Notes: generated by a model not told the origin, from the sequence alone. 50,648 nucleotides of DNA from Bigelowiella natans CCMP2755 (GCA_000320545.1 ADNK01002090.1:1-50648), one strand, 5' to 3'. Shown: positions 36,242 to 50,449, counted from the stretch's first letter. Program-made: numbers and translations.

Positions 36242-36948
36242 GTGCGTTCTTATGTTGTTTATCAATAGGTATTTCTTGAAGTGAGGAAGAGCATTCACCT
36301 CCATATCTAGCCGTGACTCGACAGAGCTCTCCATCTCGGCCTGCATCAGATACATACATACATCAGCAATGAGTACGATCGATGCCGTGAGATAATGACT
36401 TTGGTGTTACTGCTGATGATGATCCTGATGCGGATGGTGTGCGAGCGATGGTAGAAACATGGACAACACACACAATGTGCAAGCAGAATGTAAGCAGAGG
36501 AAATCCTAACCAATGAGGCTGTTTTGGTTATGAGCTGAAGTACGCAGAGAGGCCGATTTGATGTATCAAGAATCTACCGATAAATTGCTATATCAATCCA
36601 CGCTTATTGTGTCGTTATAATGTGATGCGAAAGTGGATCTGCTTGAGCTTCTTCTTCTATGCACCCAACTCTACTACCTTTTTAGCTTCAGCTGCACCAA
36701 GCAACTCTCTCAATTGACGTGCAAGGGCCTCCTCTATCTCGTCCTTTGTGAGCTCCTGACGGGGTAGTAGCATATTGCGGGGACAATGACGATGACGATG
36801 AGAGGGTGATAATGATGATGATGAGGACCTTCTTTATGGTCCAGTGTCAACGCGACAATATCGGTAGGTGGAGGGGAGGGGGGGGGGGGGGGGGAGATGA
36901 CTAAAGCTCTCAACATAGCACCCAGTTTTATGTGCATTTTCTCCTCAA

Positions 36949-37004
<56 letters not shown>

Positions 37005-39029
37005 CTTGTGTGCTTGTGTTGATGTTTTTAATGGCTAGAAAAGCCCCCCCCCTCTGCTGCTCACCATCTTTGATTCGGGCAAAGAGCTAGCCTGTGGTGG
37101 AGAACGACAAATGAGTAAAACAATGCATCGATTAGCTCATCACAGTGAATAATAATAACAATAGATATCCACCTGGTCGCCGTCGGGGGTGAGATGAAAG
37201 ATCAGTGCTCGAGGAAAGGCGCGAACTAGCCGCACCTGATGTGTGATGGCGACGTAGGATTAGTACACAAGTATTGGTATTATCTACACCCTTCAAAATC
37301 AAATGGGGTTGTAGCACCCATTACAGCAAATGAATCAAAGAAATAAAGGATCACCTTTTAGCCCTCCCCCTCCTCCTCCTCATCATCATATTATCATCCT
37401 CATCATCCTCATGTTGTCATCACCATCATCATCTTGGTAATATGTTGGTGTATGCTTTTCAAAACGATGATTTCATGATGCATATCATCATCGTCGATTA
37501 CAAAGGAGCGGCACAGTCTTGGCTGCAGGGGGAAGATCGAAGTTACTGCCGTCCTTATCTGAGAGATTATGGGTATCTTGAGAAGGACGAGTAACGATAA
37601 TTACGATAGTATGCAAGGGGAAAAATGCTGTATAGTGGTGTTTGCAACGGCATTCCTTCATTGGGAAAGGCGTGTAATGCTGTCTCTTGTTTATATTGTT
37701 TTAACCAGCGCACGCGAAGATGATACGATTGCTCCGAAAGCTGCTCGGCCCTGTTGATGAGGAAGTCGCGTCGTATAATTGGCATAACAAATGATGACAG
37801 TGCTACGTGATGATGGACAGCAATATAGCTACTGTTTGCTGCTGTAACAAACACAGAAGAAGCTACTTGCCACCATCAAGGCCCTTAAGTTACGCCTACT
37901 ACAGCTTCTTGCGCGACCACAGAAGAGAAGCGAAAGCACCTGGTCAAATCGTTGATATGATGCAGAAGTCCGGAATACCAGCAGAAGTCCTGTGTAGTTG
38001 TTGTTGTTGTTGTAGTTGTTGTAGTAGTAGTAGTAGCAGTAGTAGCAGTAAGTAGTAGTAACTAGTTGTAATCGTAGTAGCTATCAGACGTGCAAGTATT
38101 CGAAAGCTGGAAGAATAAGAATAAGAAAGAGCATAGTTGAGTTTCTCTACCATCACCACCGCCGCCACCACCATTTTCATCGTCATCATGATCACCACCA
38201 TCATCATCAAGAACAAGTACCGAGCGAGGTAGAGGTGAGCATAAAAGGGATATAGTGGGCTTGAAGAGGTGTATCCGGCGAAATGGCGGTGTTGTAGTAC
38301 GTCAGTAGCGCTGCCCCAGTTGCGATCACAGTCTTGATAGCAGTTGTAGCATTAGTAGTAGTAGTAATAGTAGTTGTAGTAGTGGTAGTAGTGGTAGTAG
38401 TATTGTGCTTAAAACTTCTCTTCGTCATTCTCCTCTTTCTCTTTATCCTCCATCTCATCCTCCCCCCCCTTGCTCAATTTTTACTTGGTATGGTACTGCC
38501 ACTATAGGCTACCACCACAGCTACTAACAGCTACTACTTAGCAGCTACACCCAACATTACTACCAAATCTGGCCAGAATAGCCTCTGAACAGTCGTGGAG
38601 ATAGGTAATAGCAACAAATGCTTCACATGCCTCCAAGGACCTGCAGGATTACAAGCAGCCGCCAACACACAACAACGCACAGCACACATCACACAACAAC
38701 AACAACAACAACAACAACTACAACAACTACAACAACAACAAACACGCCACCAAGATCGTTTTATTGTCGTTGCATTCTACGTCCTAGTGTGTGCGTGTGA
38801 GATTGAGGAATAGAAGAAAGGATTAAAATTGTCTTATAAATGGTCTTCTCGCCAGCAAAGTGCTGCAGGGATCTTCTCCTTCATTCCTCATTTGATTTTA
38901 TACGATTTAGTCTTAATATTTCAATTTCTCACTTCTGTGAAGCGTCCACTGCGTGTAGGTGTAGGCATTGTCTCTCGAGGGTTCACCCTAGTAATGGCAA
39001 CGACGAAGATGACGACGACGAGGACGATA

Positions 39030-39060
<31 letters not shown>

Positions 39061-39228
39061 GAATATATCATAGAAGAAGGATTAGCAGTTTGCAGGATGT
39101 ATGTGAAGGAAGCTTCACTGATGCAAATAAATTGTTTTTCCTTAAAGAGTACCTACTATGACTGTTTGCTTGGCAACTACACTAATCACCCTGGCCCCTT
39201 TTCTCCCCAACCCTCTTTCGCTCTTTCG

Positions 39229-39304
<76 letters not shown>

Positions 39305-39890
39305 TTTTTTTGATATATTCAAATATTTATATATTATATATGTGTGTGTGAGTGTGTGTTCGTCTTTGGATGCATGTTTTATCTGTCTAACACCCATTTT
39401 TTCCGTCCAATCTGTCCTTCTAGGTAAGTATAAGGCCTCCAAAGATCCATGATCTTCTCCTCCTCTTCCTCGGGATCGTCGTTGGAATTGCTAGTGCTGC
39501 TAGTGCTGCTATCATTATTATATGGATTAACCGTAGCAGATTTATCAGCGGGACCGCTCATGCTATTCGCATAATTTACGTCTACATCGCTGGAAGAGGA
39601 AGTAAGAGTAGGATTGCCTCTATGATCGCTATCGATTGTGGTGCTACTGATGCTGGAGTATCTACTGCTGCCTCCCATATCCATTGCCTCTCGAAACAAC
39701 TGTATTTGAAGAACATTAGGCCGTGAAGTTAGAGATGCAAAACATGTTGAAATCGAGAATGATGAAGAGGGAAAATGAATAAAGATGAGAATCAAAGTGT
39801 GTGAGCACAGCGAATGAGTACTCGGACTTTAAATTCTACATCATTTAGTGCATATCAGCACCCCCCCCCCCCCCCCCCCCAAATACAGAC

Positions 39891-39941
<51 letters not shown>

Positions 39942-40688
39942 TATATATGATGTACTGTGTCGAGATGTACGCGTCTGAGGAAACGTTAATTTACTCTGCA
40001 GCGTGTCATTTTCTTTTCTTCTTCTCCCCTTTTTTAAAGTCCTGCATGTAGCACTGCAACCTCCACCCCCCTACCCCACATAACATGTAGCAAGCGCCAA
40101 CCTGCTGCTGCTGCTGTTGTTGCTCTCGTTGCTTCTCCTCGCGCATGGTAGCGACAGTGTCCACACCTGTTGGCCTCCGTTCTACCGTTGGCTGCTTGCG
40201 TAAAGGAGGAGACGATGATACATGTGAGGATGAGGAGTCACTGCTGCTGTTGACTCCTTCAGCAGATACATCCGCTACAGTCCCTGATTCAGTCGGGGTG
40301 CGAGCGTCGCTTCGCCTGGTTGTAGGGAGGTGGGGGTCGGTTATCGAGCCAGGGGTGCGACCGTCGTCAAGAGGCTCGGGCTTTGAGGAGAGCACCCTGT
40401 GCAACGAAGAACGTGAGAAAAGAAATAATGGGGTGTTTGAGGACCACGATACCTTATAGGGGTCTGGTACTTGAGGCCATACACGCGTGCACGCACTGTC
40501 ACTTGCCTGCAGGACTCTGAAGCACAGACACATTACTCAGCTTTGATTGTTCGGGCCAACTTCCATTAACGGTCCTCGCTCCTCCTCACCCGCTTACCTG
40601 TAAAAATCCTCATGCGACAGAGCCCGTAGCCATTCCGCTGCTGGACGTTCCGGCTGAAGCTACCACCGCCCGTCACAAGCCTCTTCAT
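34287..40688 (-). CDS. UPF0187/VCCN-type bestrophin-like anion channel, about 20 exons
   Basis: Exons in family order: YTYTQWTLHR..RHVKHLL, YYN..PFMLTSTSLG|LLLVFRTSASYQRFDQ (37989-37940)|GRAAFGAIV, VRAFPRALIFHL, NRPLCVLQ, CERILR|HPIPTSYTRHTSR, TLPLALW, AIEDIG|VMIEEPFDILPL. ATG at 40688. The terminal exon is probably 34566-34287 (phase-2 join in frame). Confidence 0.9.
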
Positions 40689-41983
40689 GAAGAGACGCAA
40701 ATGGTAGCGAAGACGACGTTCTGGAACAAGCAAATCCTAGTGCTTTTTTTGACCCGAATGGAATCTAGGGAATCTATGGCCAACATTCTTTGTCGTCCAC
40801 ATGAAATGGCTTCTAATCAATGCTCAATGTTTCATGTTCGAGCATTGCCCGACGATCTGGCAGTTCATCGTGCCAGCATGTGGGCACGCGCCTGCGTTTC
40901 TCATCCTTAGCTTCCTTAGATGTAGGATGTTAGCTAGTTGTGTTGCTCACCACCAACAGGGTGCTGACAAGTCCTTGCAATGATCATTGTTGAGGCTCTG
41001 CTACATGCACATGCCTGTCTCCCATGTGGTTCTGGCGCATGTGGATTTGATCAATGCTTCATTCATTGTTCATTGTTCATTGTTCTTGTTCTCACATTCT
41101 AGCATTGCAAGTGTCTTGCAACACTTTGGAAGTGTGGTTCATCATCATTGTTCATTGTTCATTGTTCCTGTGTGGTGGCTTGCTGGCTAGCTGGCTGGCT
41201 GGGTGTGGCAAAATCTGATGCAGCAATCGATTTCCAAGCGCCGGACACTGAAGCCACGTCCAGACGTGCTGGCATGCTGGCATGGCGTTCTTCCGCACGT
41301 TCGTGCAATGATGGACGTGCAACCATGTTGCTCTGTCCATCATTGCAATTTGTGACGATTTTGCCGGACGTGAAAAAATTGACACAGCAATCAATTTCCA
41401 AAAACCTTCGTGCCTCGCGTTCCTCCACACGCATGCCAGCACGGCTCACGGGGGCTCACGAGTCCACGCTGGCACGTGCGTGTGCGCGCACGAAAACACG
41501 TGTGCATGCCTGTTCTTCACGTCGTGCACCAAAAAGATTACACGTGCCCTTCTAGCCTTTTCACATCCACACACGCACCAAGCCAGATCACGACACGTGT
41601 GCTGACAGATGCATGTGTTCACGTGTGCGCTGATTTGTGCCACGTGTGCACACGCCAGCACGTTGCAGACAGCATACATGCACAGGCCAGCAGGGACTCA
41701 CAAATCCATGTGCACGTTCGTGCAAGGACGCGCTCGTGTGCGGTTCAAAGAGCATCAATGTGCACGTCTAGACGTGTCACACGCAATGTCCAGAATGTGA
41801 AAACCTGACACCTGACACAATGACCAATTCTAAAAACTTGAACTGGCCAGAAAAAAACCCTTCTGGCCTTCCCACAAAAATCGATGGATGTCACTAGCTA
41901 GCTAGCTAGCCCCTTTGCTAGCTTTGGCGCATAGCAGCAACACGTCTAGACGTGTGACATGCACACATACACACACACACCTA

Positions 41984-42024
<41 letters not shown>

Positions 42025-42200
42025 CAAACGAACACAAATTTGCGCCACCTAGCTATGCTTTCAGACGCAGCAAAGTCTAGAAGTGAGCCATGTGCACATG
42101 ACCACTGTCCAAAACATGACATTGTGCAAATGATGTTCTCTTGGTTAATTGCTCAAAATTAATTTTGAAAGAACAACAGAGAGCTTTGCAATGAGCGCCA
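40689..42200. repeat. TpA-depleted intergenic island C, same repeat family as island A in opposite orientation
   Basis: 24 TpA in 40681-41940, 22 of them in CTA/TAG, and none in 41221-41520. TGCAAGTGTCTTGCAACACTTTGGAA is the exact reverse complement of 26469-26494. Confidence 0.75.
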
Positions 42201-42323
42201 TGTTGCTTGTTGAAACTAACCCAAAATCAATCATGCTGACTGCTTACATCGCAACAGCAAGCTCCCATCGGGTGCTCCAACACTATAACATCACGTAGTT
42301 TTCGTATCTATTTAGCTGCTGAC

Positions 42324-45300
42324 TCACGGAAGGTTCATCATCCGGCGATGTTGAGCGAGGATCAATCCAAACGCCATGTCGAAGGGAAGCATCGTAGCCT
42401 TCACTGTCATCATCGGCTTTTGCTTTATTTTCGTAGATGATAAGACATGCCTGCTATTATAAAGGTTGTGCGCTGCTAATTCGAACGTCCGTGATGAAGA
42501 AGATTTATCTCGACTGATAGTAGTCATGATTGATTTGGATCGATTCATCATCGTCAGTGTCGTATCATTATCCTTGATTGTAGAGAATTTCGTGTCTTCC
42601 CACACCCAATAAAAGGTATTAGAGCTAGCGACTAAACCCCGCGGGGAGAACTTTACAAACAATATGTTAGCATGCATGTCCATGAGAACTGATTCCTTTC
42701 CTTCTTGATTCAAATTCCACATCCGCATCGTTCTGTCGCCGCCGCTGCTCACGACAAATCTGCCGTCCGGAGAGAATTCAACTGACCCAACTCTCAAAGC
42801 GTGGCCTCTGAGGACATATCTCAACGCACCGGAAGACACATTCCAGATCCGAACGGTTTTGTCGGAGCTGCCGCTCGCCACGTATCTACCATTCGGTGAG
42901 AACGCCATGGAGTTAATACGGCGGCTATGTCCTATCAGCTGTAGCTGCTGCTGATGCTTTCCAACGAAATTCCAGATTCTTACGCTGAGATCACTAGCAG
43001 CGCTCGCCACCCTTTTGGAGTCGGGCGAAAAGGCGATAGAAGTTATGCGAGAATTATGGCCGCGAAGGATCATTCTTTCTTCGCCAGATATTGAATCCCA
43101 TATCCGCAGGGTAGTGTCGAGGCCGCCACTAGCGACGTACTTACCGTCAGGTGAGTATGCAACCGCAGTGATGGCAGACATATGGCCATTAAGCATTACT
43201 ACCAGATTCCCTGTCCTCGTACACCAGATTCCTAATGTGTTGCCAGGTATCTCGCTCACTAGGCGTTTATTATCAGGCGAGAATACAACAGAACTGCTGT
43301 GGGAAAAGACTCCTGTGCTGATCTTCAACTCCAACTTGCCGGTGGCAAAGTTCCATATGCGTAGAAAACCATCGCTGCTTACTCCACCCACGTGATTACA
43401 GTCAGGTGAGATCGCTATCGAGGAGTTCTTGCAGTTACCCTCTAATTGTATCATACGGGGTTTGGCTAGCCACGACCGTGGAACTACTGTGGTTATATTG
43501 TCCAGTAGTCTGTCGTCGTCTGCCTTACAAGTGCCTGTTCTGAAAACAGTATCGTTGTTGAAATCTAAGCTGCAATGTCCATCCTTCTCTCTGCCGTATT
43601 TGTTGCATGAAGGGAGGGTCTCTTCCAAAGTAGAGCAGCTATACCGTCTTTGTCGTTGTCGTTTCTCTTCCCCTCTCTTCGATACTCTTTCATTGTCGTT
43701 TGCAGCGAAGTGAACAGCATCAGAGATCGACGCTCTGCTCTGGTCGACGATACCTGATACAGTAGCATTTGAAGGTTGAGATTGCATGCAATGATAGTAG
43801 TTCTCGCTATTTCCATTAGGTGATAATAACTGCGGTGAATGTTGTCGAGGAGGGGGAGTATTTGCAAGGTTGCTGCAACTTCTACTATTAGCATATCTGC
43901 TGTTGAGGCGGCTACTTCTTTCTGTTTCACGACCGTTGACGAGAACTTCAAGAACAGTAGCAGTTGGAATATCCTCCTCCTCCTCCTCCTCCTCCTCCTC
44001 CTCCTCCTCTTCCTTATCTTCCTTAGCTGCCGTCTTTATCGTCTCTTTGGCATCCGTCTTTATCGTCTCTTTGGCATCATTTGAAGGCACCGTTCTCCAC
44101 GATATCATCGAAGTCGTTCCTTCTCTGGTTGTGTTTCCATAACACCAGCTACGGCAATGGCCTGAGTGCCTATTAGGACGCACACAGTCTTTCTTTCTCA
44201 AGCACTGTACTCGCACCTTCTCGTCATCTCGCAGAGGACGACGACGACGACGACGACGACAATGCATTTCATCCTTAGAATGTTGCTGTTGCTTTTGTTG
44301 TTGCTGCTGCTGCCGCTGCTGCATCTTGTTAGGAAAGAGTGAGTTTAGAAGTATGATGTTATCACTTTCAGTAGCACTGTTGGCATCATCGTCAATGACA
44401 CAGCCGCCTCTATCGGTCATCATTCGTGCTCCCCACTTTTGCTTCATCTCTCCGGAAATTATACGAACAAGCTCTTGGCAGGTAGCTGTTGTTGTGATAT
44501 GGCGCTGCTGCTCATTAGAGGTTTCCCCGTTACAAATGGTTTTAGGACTCATCCTCACGGGGAAAAGATGGTCTGGAACAGAACCCGATTTTGGCAGGGA
44601 GTTGCTGTTATTAGCCACAAATAGTGATTTATTTTGTCGCCTTTCCTCCTTTATTCCATCTCTCCTTCTTTTTCTTCTTTTGGGTATGACTAACTGAGAA
44701 AGCTCATCATAGTTTATGAGATGGGTTTGCCTGGGATGATGGCTGCTGCTACTGTTACTTCTATAACTACTACTACTACTACTACTACTACTATTGCTAC
44801 TACTATTACTGCTGCTGCTACTCATGATGATGCCGAACAGCTGATGTCGTTTTTGGAGATCGTAAGCCTTATTCGTACTGTCCATACCGCCCATCGTTGC
44901 CGCTGATATCGTGTGCTGTTTAGCAGGAGGACAAGCAGCTGCAGTAGAAGTAGTCGTTGTAGTAGAAATACCATTTATCTCTCTCAGATTCTTCGTCTTT
45001 TTCTTTTCATTGGTTTTCTCGTGATGGTAGTTCCTATCTTCACTATCTCCGTAGACGTTAAAGTTCATGCCCCCCCCTCTTACTCTCACTTCCTTCTCTT
45101 GCACTGATCCATTCGAATTGTTTTTATTTGAATACTTCAAAACTATAACATTCTTCGTCCTCCTCTTTTTAAACATTATCTTTTTCTTCTTCTTCAGTTT
45201 CGTCTTCCCCACGCTGCAAAGAGATGAGTCTGCATGTAGAGTCATGGATGGTGTTATCCGAGGATTTGCTGTGTTATTTGCACAGGAATTCAATGTAGTA

Positions 45301-46750
45301 TTTAGTCTGATTTGCTTCACTGAGACTTGATCACTCGTATCCATAGTATCGCTAGCTTCCCTTGTATGACTATTGTCGTCTCTGTTGTTATTATCACCAT
45401 TAATATTATGACCAACATTTGACAGCTCAGACCTCTCCTTAGAAAGTGAAAGAAGGAGTGGTTGTTGTGCGTCACCGTCACTACACGGAGTCCTCTGTTC
45501 CTGCTGTTGATTCTTAGCAACTCTGTAGTCGTTATGAATGTCTTTGGTAGCACTACTTTCCGCAGTAAGAGGTGATGCCTTCCAGTCACTACCATTTTTT
45601 TGTGTATGTACCTCTTGCCTGCCTCCCTGATTTCGAGGGATTTTGCAGTGGCCGCGATGTGAGAAAGGACGTATACAGAGTACATTTCTAGCACATTTAT
45701 GATTACTCTTATTGCCAAAGTTTGACATTTTTTCATCAGAAATCTTGCAGTGGCCTCGATGTGAAGCAGGGCACACGCAGGAGCTATTTCTAGGGCATTG
45801 GCCTCGACTTTTTTTTGACTTTTTGGTCCAACTTCGGCTGCCGTCTTTCGGGGAAGGCAACGAAGAGGACTTTCCGCTGCCATAATAACCGCTGCATAGC
45901 TTTGGCCATCCCATCCTCTCACGGTACCTATAGTTTTATGAAACGGGGAAAAATGAGAACTATGAGTGATATGTGTTGTGATCGCTTTTGTGTTTTTCCA
46001 ATCGTAAACCTATTCGCTCGCAGAAGCAAATGTGTGCGAGGAAAGAAAAAGGAAGACGCTGATTGATTGAGGATTGAGGGAATAATTTAAGTCCTCCTAT
46101 ATGTACTCGTAACCCTCCTCTATATCATAAATTCTTCTATATGTTCCCATATGTAATGATGACGAGAATGCTGATAATAGTAGACTATACCGGCTAATTT
46201 CTTCATAAGCCATCTCTTTTGTACTGAACCATCCTATGTGCATTTTAACTCCGCAGTGGGATGTCTGTGCCTCCCACTTTCCGCGCCTTTCGACCCACAC
46301 CACGTTCTTCTGATGCCTCACCCTAGATTTCCGTTTAGGGTTTAAGCTACCGGTTGTATTATTAGTATTTCTATTTCTATAAGTGTGGCGACGATACTTT
46401 CGCTTAGTGAGCAGCCTGCTCTTTGCTTCAGCTGAGGATGGTGAGTCGTTTTTGCGAGTCATTTCTACAGCAAGGTATTTATGATATTTTTCAGGGAAGT
46501 TGAGTTCTTGCACTCGACCGAGGTGAGCGACACGTCTATCAAAGGCTTCTGCAGCCGCTATCTTCGAGCGAAAGAACCCTAGCTCCTCGCGCCGTGCACC
46601 GACAAATATTAGAGCTCTCCAGCCGTCTCCCATTTTAACAACACCGCGAAAACGCTGTCGTTCGTTTCTGTGCCTACCGTTATTGCCAATGTTCTTGTTG
46701 CTACGACTGATCAATCCGCTTTCTTCTTCATGTCTTTTGATGGTTCTCAT
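42324..46750 (-). CDS. Two-exon fusion protein: 2 AP2 domains, 3 Cys/His motifs, low-complexity linker and C-terminal WD40 propeller (about 1387 aa)
   Basis: AP2 signature FRGV..WRALI..LGFF..AAEAFDR..LNFP plus a second AP2-like unit. Intron 46190-45928 (GT..TAG, phase 2) joins the two ORFs in frame. WD40 repeats such as GHMSAITAVAYSPDGKYVASGGLDTTLRIWD. The start ATG at 46750 is tentative. Confidence 0.82.
44031..44078 (-). repeat. 24-bp coding tandem duplication (DAKETIKT x2)
   Basis: Read directly; adjacent to the poly-Glu (GAG)n tract. Confidence 0.9.
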
Positions 46751-47647
46751 TGAGATAAGCTTCAACGTGAATCGAACGATGATGGCGCTTAGGATAGGAA
46801 GAAAAGAAGTAGATGGCAAGAAAGGAATGTAGAGGGGGAAATACGAATGGAAACAAGGAGATGGAAAGTGGCAACTAGTCTGCTAAGGCCGCCCCTCAAA
46901 TCTCCGTGAATTTTTATCCATCGCACGAAAACCAGAAAGATATCAAAGACAGAAGTTCGAGAAAAGGATGGGGGAGGAGGAGATAGAAAGGGACTCCCGC
47001 GGAAGCCGTACTATTTGCCTGGTACCGACCCCGTCTGTGCAGTACATGTACTTGTTTGTACGAGCGCTATCTAAAAGGGACATTTCTGAGCATCTTTTTG
47101 GCTGGCACGTGGCGATTCAGAAAGGAACTTGGCCAAGAACCCAAGTCTTCAGCATGCATATCCAGGCCCTTTTCCTACGTGCAAAACGGGATGAAGTGAA
47201 GAATAGGAACTCCAATAACATGTGTCAATAAATAATGAACAGTAGATCTAGATCTACTACTGAAGTAGTTCCTACCGGTACACCAGCAAAGTCACTACGT
47301 TTTGAGCGAACGGCCAAGTATCTACACCGATTTCAACTGAAACCTCCTCAACTTAGTCACCAACGCACAAACGAAAAAAGCTAGATTTATAGGTGTGCGA
47401 CAGCGAAAAGAGCTCATTATTACATGTAAAACAAATACGGCTTGCATCGAGTGGCGCACTAAAAATAACTAAGCACTGTTGCCTAAAACAAAATACGACT
47501 AGTTCTCTCATCTACGACAAGCAAAATCTTGCTCAAATTAAACTTGTAGCAAGTCAAATAATCATCCGAAATCCCTCTTGAAATTTGGAAACGGAAGATT
47601 AAGGGACGGGTTGGGAGCTACCTGCCCCTCCCCCCAAAGCAGACTAT

Positions 47648-49994
47648 ATGCTGTGGGTGTTCGGCCTACTGCTAGGGTCCGCATATTTACGATCACTCGC
47701 TAGTTTCACCGAACTACAGGTGGAGTGTGGAAAGACTTCTTCGGAAAGCGATCATGCCAACGGTTTAATTTTATTAATTCATAATCAGGGCTTCTCTGAG
47801 CTTTATGCGGAGTCATCGACTCCGAATCCGAGGTTCGTTTCAGGTTAAGCTTATTAAACTAAGAAGTATCTCAGCATCAATACGTTGTAGGCATGTTGAA
47901 CAAACGAAAGAGTTCGATACTTTCGTCAATGCTTCTGGCGCTCAAGTGATATATTTCTCGGCGTGGGACGACTTGACTGTGGTACATCTGTTTCTACTAC
48001 TCTGCGGAGGATCCTTTTTTCCGCTTCTTTTCCGAGAAGATTTTATGTTCGCTCAATTTTCTTTGCATAATGTGCACGTGTGGTATGTGTGCAATCTATA
48101 TCTTGTGGGAATCGAAACTTCGTGACTAATTATTCAGTATTTCACAAATGACAAAGATTTTGGTTTCCCCCGAACTGATAGCCACTAAAATTCATATGTC
48201 ATGATACTGTTTGCTTCGTTGTATGTCATAACATCCATTGTTCTCGCTGATGTTCCTTTGGCACACACTATGCAATAGTTTGGACGGTTTACAAGCGGGT
48301 CGACGATCGATTACGATATCTTGGTGAATCATTCCTCTACTGGATGGATAGATGGTGCACTGACTTCAGGTAATGATAATTAGTCTGTAATTTCTCTCCG
48401 CATCTTTTACGAGATGAATGGAGGAAAGGCTGGCGAGCAACTATTTGAAAAGATTCCTCTCGCATAACAAGTTTTCTCTCTATGTACATAAATGCCTTAA
48501 TAAATATAACTGCTTGTTTGGACAGCCCGGTTTAATCTCCCCAAAGGCATTGCAATAGATCCTTCAATTAGTGACCGACCTATAATTTATGCAGCGGAAG
48601 AGGTGATTCATTTTCCATTTGATTCACTTCTCACCAAAGCTTCACCCTTGCTCTTGTATGCATGCCCTTCTCACAAATGATGATGGAGAAGAGGTAGAGG
48701 AAAAAGTAGGCTAGAAATAGATGTGTTGCTTCAGAATTCCATAGCTAACTTCCCATCGTCAGGGCAACTATGGCGTACGCCGAATTGATGTCTACGGCGG
48801 CGATGTAACAACCTTCACAGGAAATGTAAGTATTTCAAAGCATTCTACGTACAAAATCTGCATTGCCTACGATTCAAGTAGTGATAAAATGCGGTAGTTT
48901 TGTTTCTGTTCCATGATATTGCCTGTCGGCGTGCCATAGCATTGAATTCTGTCAATGTGATATCTCAAAGCTTTCTCCCTTACTACCCCCCTCCCAGTTA
49001 CTACTACTCTGGAATGCTAAGTCGTCATTCCATAGTGTATTTCACACTAAAATAATGTTCGACGTTCTAATTACCTCCTCCCTTTTTCTCCGCCCCAGAT
49101 TTCATCCCAGACCCCGACCGATGGCCCGGTGTCCGTTGCAAGATTCGGACAGCCTTACACGCTGCAATTCGATTGCTATGGAGGCTCTTACACTCTTTAT
49201 CTTAGTGAAAAGGTCAAGCTGTGCGTAGGCAATAAGACATTTTCTTTGATGTAAAGAGGAAGATATATGGCCTCCTTTTTAAGAACACTTGTGGCAAGTA
49301 TTGAGCACGCTCCTTATCGTTGTTTTTTTAAAAAAATAAGTGAACCCATAGGACAAACCGTACGACGACGAAAGGATATTATTTTCGTTGTAATTCCATT
49401 TATTTTCCTTGGTTTGTCGCTTTGAATTTCCCCCTATTTCTTATCTGAAATCATCAAAAGAATACTGTGGTGCTCATCTCACATGTCTCTTCTTTCTTTC
49501 TTTCTTTCTTTCTTTCTTTCAAAGGCAAACCATGGGATACGGACGATAGATATGAACACCAAGATAGTGAATACATTGGTCGCTGCGTCGGTTACTACTG
49601 GTGCCACAGATGGACCTCTTGGCTCTGCACTGTTCAGTAGTTTCATCGCTAAATTACGTTTATGGCGATTTGGATCCAAGAAGATGCTATACCTGGCTGA
49701 CACACGTGCGTACTGCGAGAGCGTCTCATCTAATATGTTCGAAGTCAACTCATGTATGGAAGATTTCTCTTTTCTTCCTGCTGTACAGTACAGAGAGTAG
49801 TAGTAGTGTGAGTGCATAACAATCAGTGTTATCATGTAATAGTCCATGAATTTCTATGCGAATAATACAGAGAATCACAGAGTTCGAGCCATAAATCTGC
49901 AAAATAATCAAGTTACAACACTAATCGGAGGGAATCAAGGAGCAGGAGACGGTTAAATCCATAAAACCCCAAACGCCTATAATTGACTACAAAG

Positions 49995-50031
<37 letters not shown>

Positions 50032-50401
50032 CGCGCGCGCGTTTTGGTTTATTTGGTTCATGATACACAATGGCTGGCATCTACTTGTTGTTTCAGGAAT
50101 AGGGACAAACGGCTACTTTGATAAGCCAAGGCGATCTATAATATAAAGCACGCTTTCACACCATGAGCACTTTTGTAGTTGTAGATTGTTGCAGTATTTT
50201 GGTATGGAGGAAACAATGGCGTAATTCACCATTTCCAGGCTTGATTTGAGGAAACGATAGACTGATTTCGGTGGTATCTTTGACTTCGCAGAACTCTCGA
50301 TATATTCAACACATCTACGGGCAATACCTTCATGCTTGTTGGAGGCAGTGGGTCAAACGGAAAATTTCTCAAAGTTGTCAATGTCTCCGGGTTCTTGAAC
50401 A

Positions 50402-50449
<48 letters not shown>

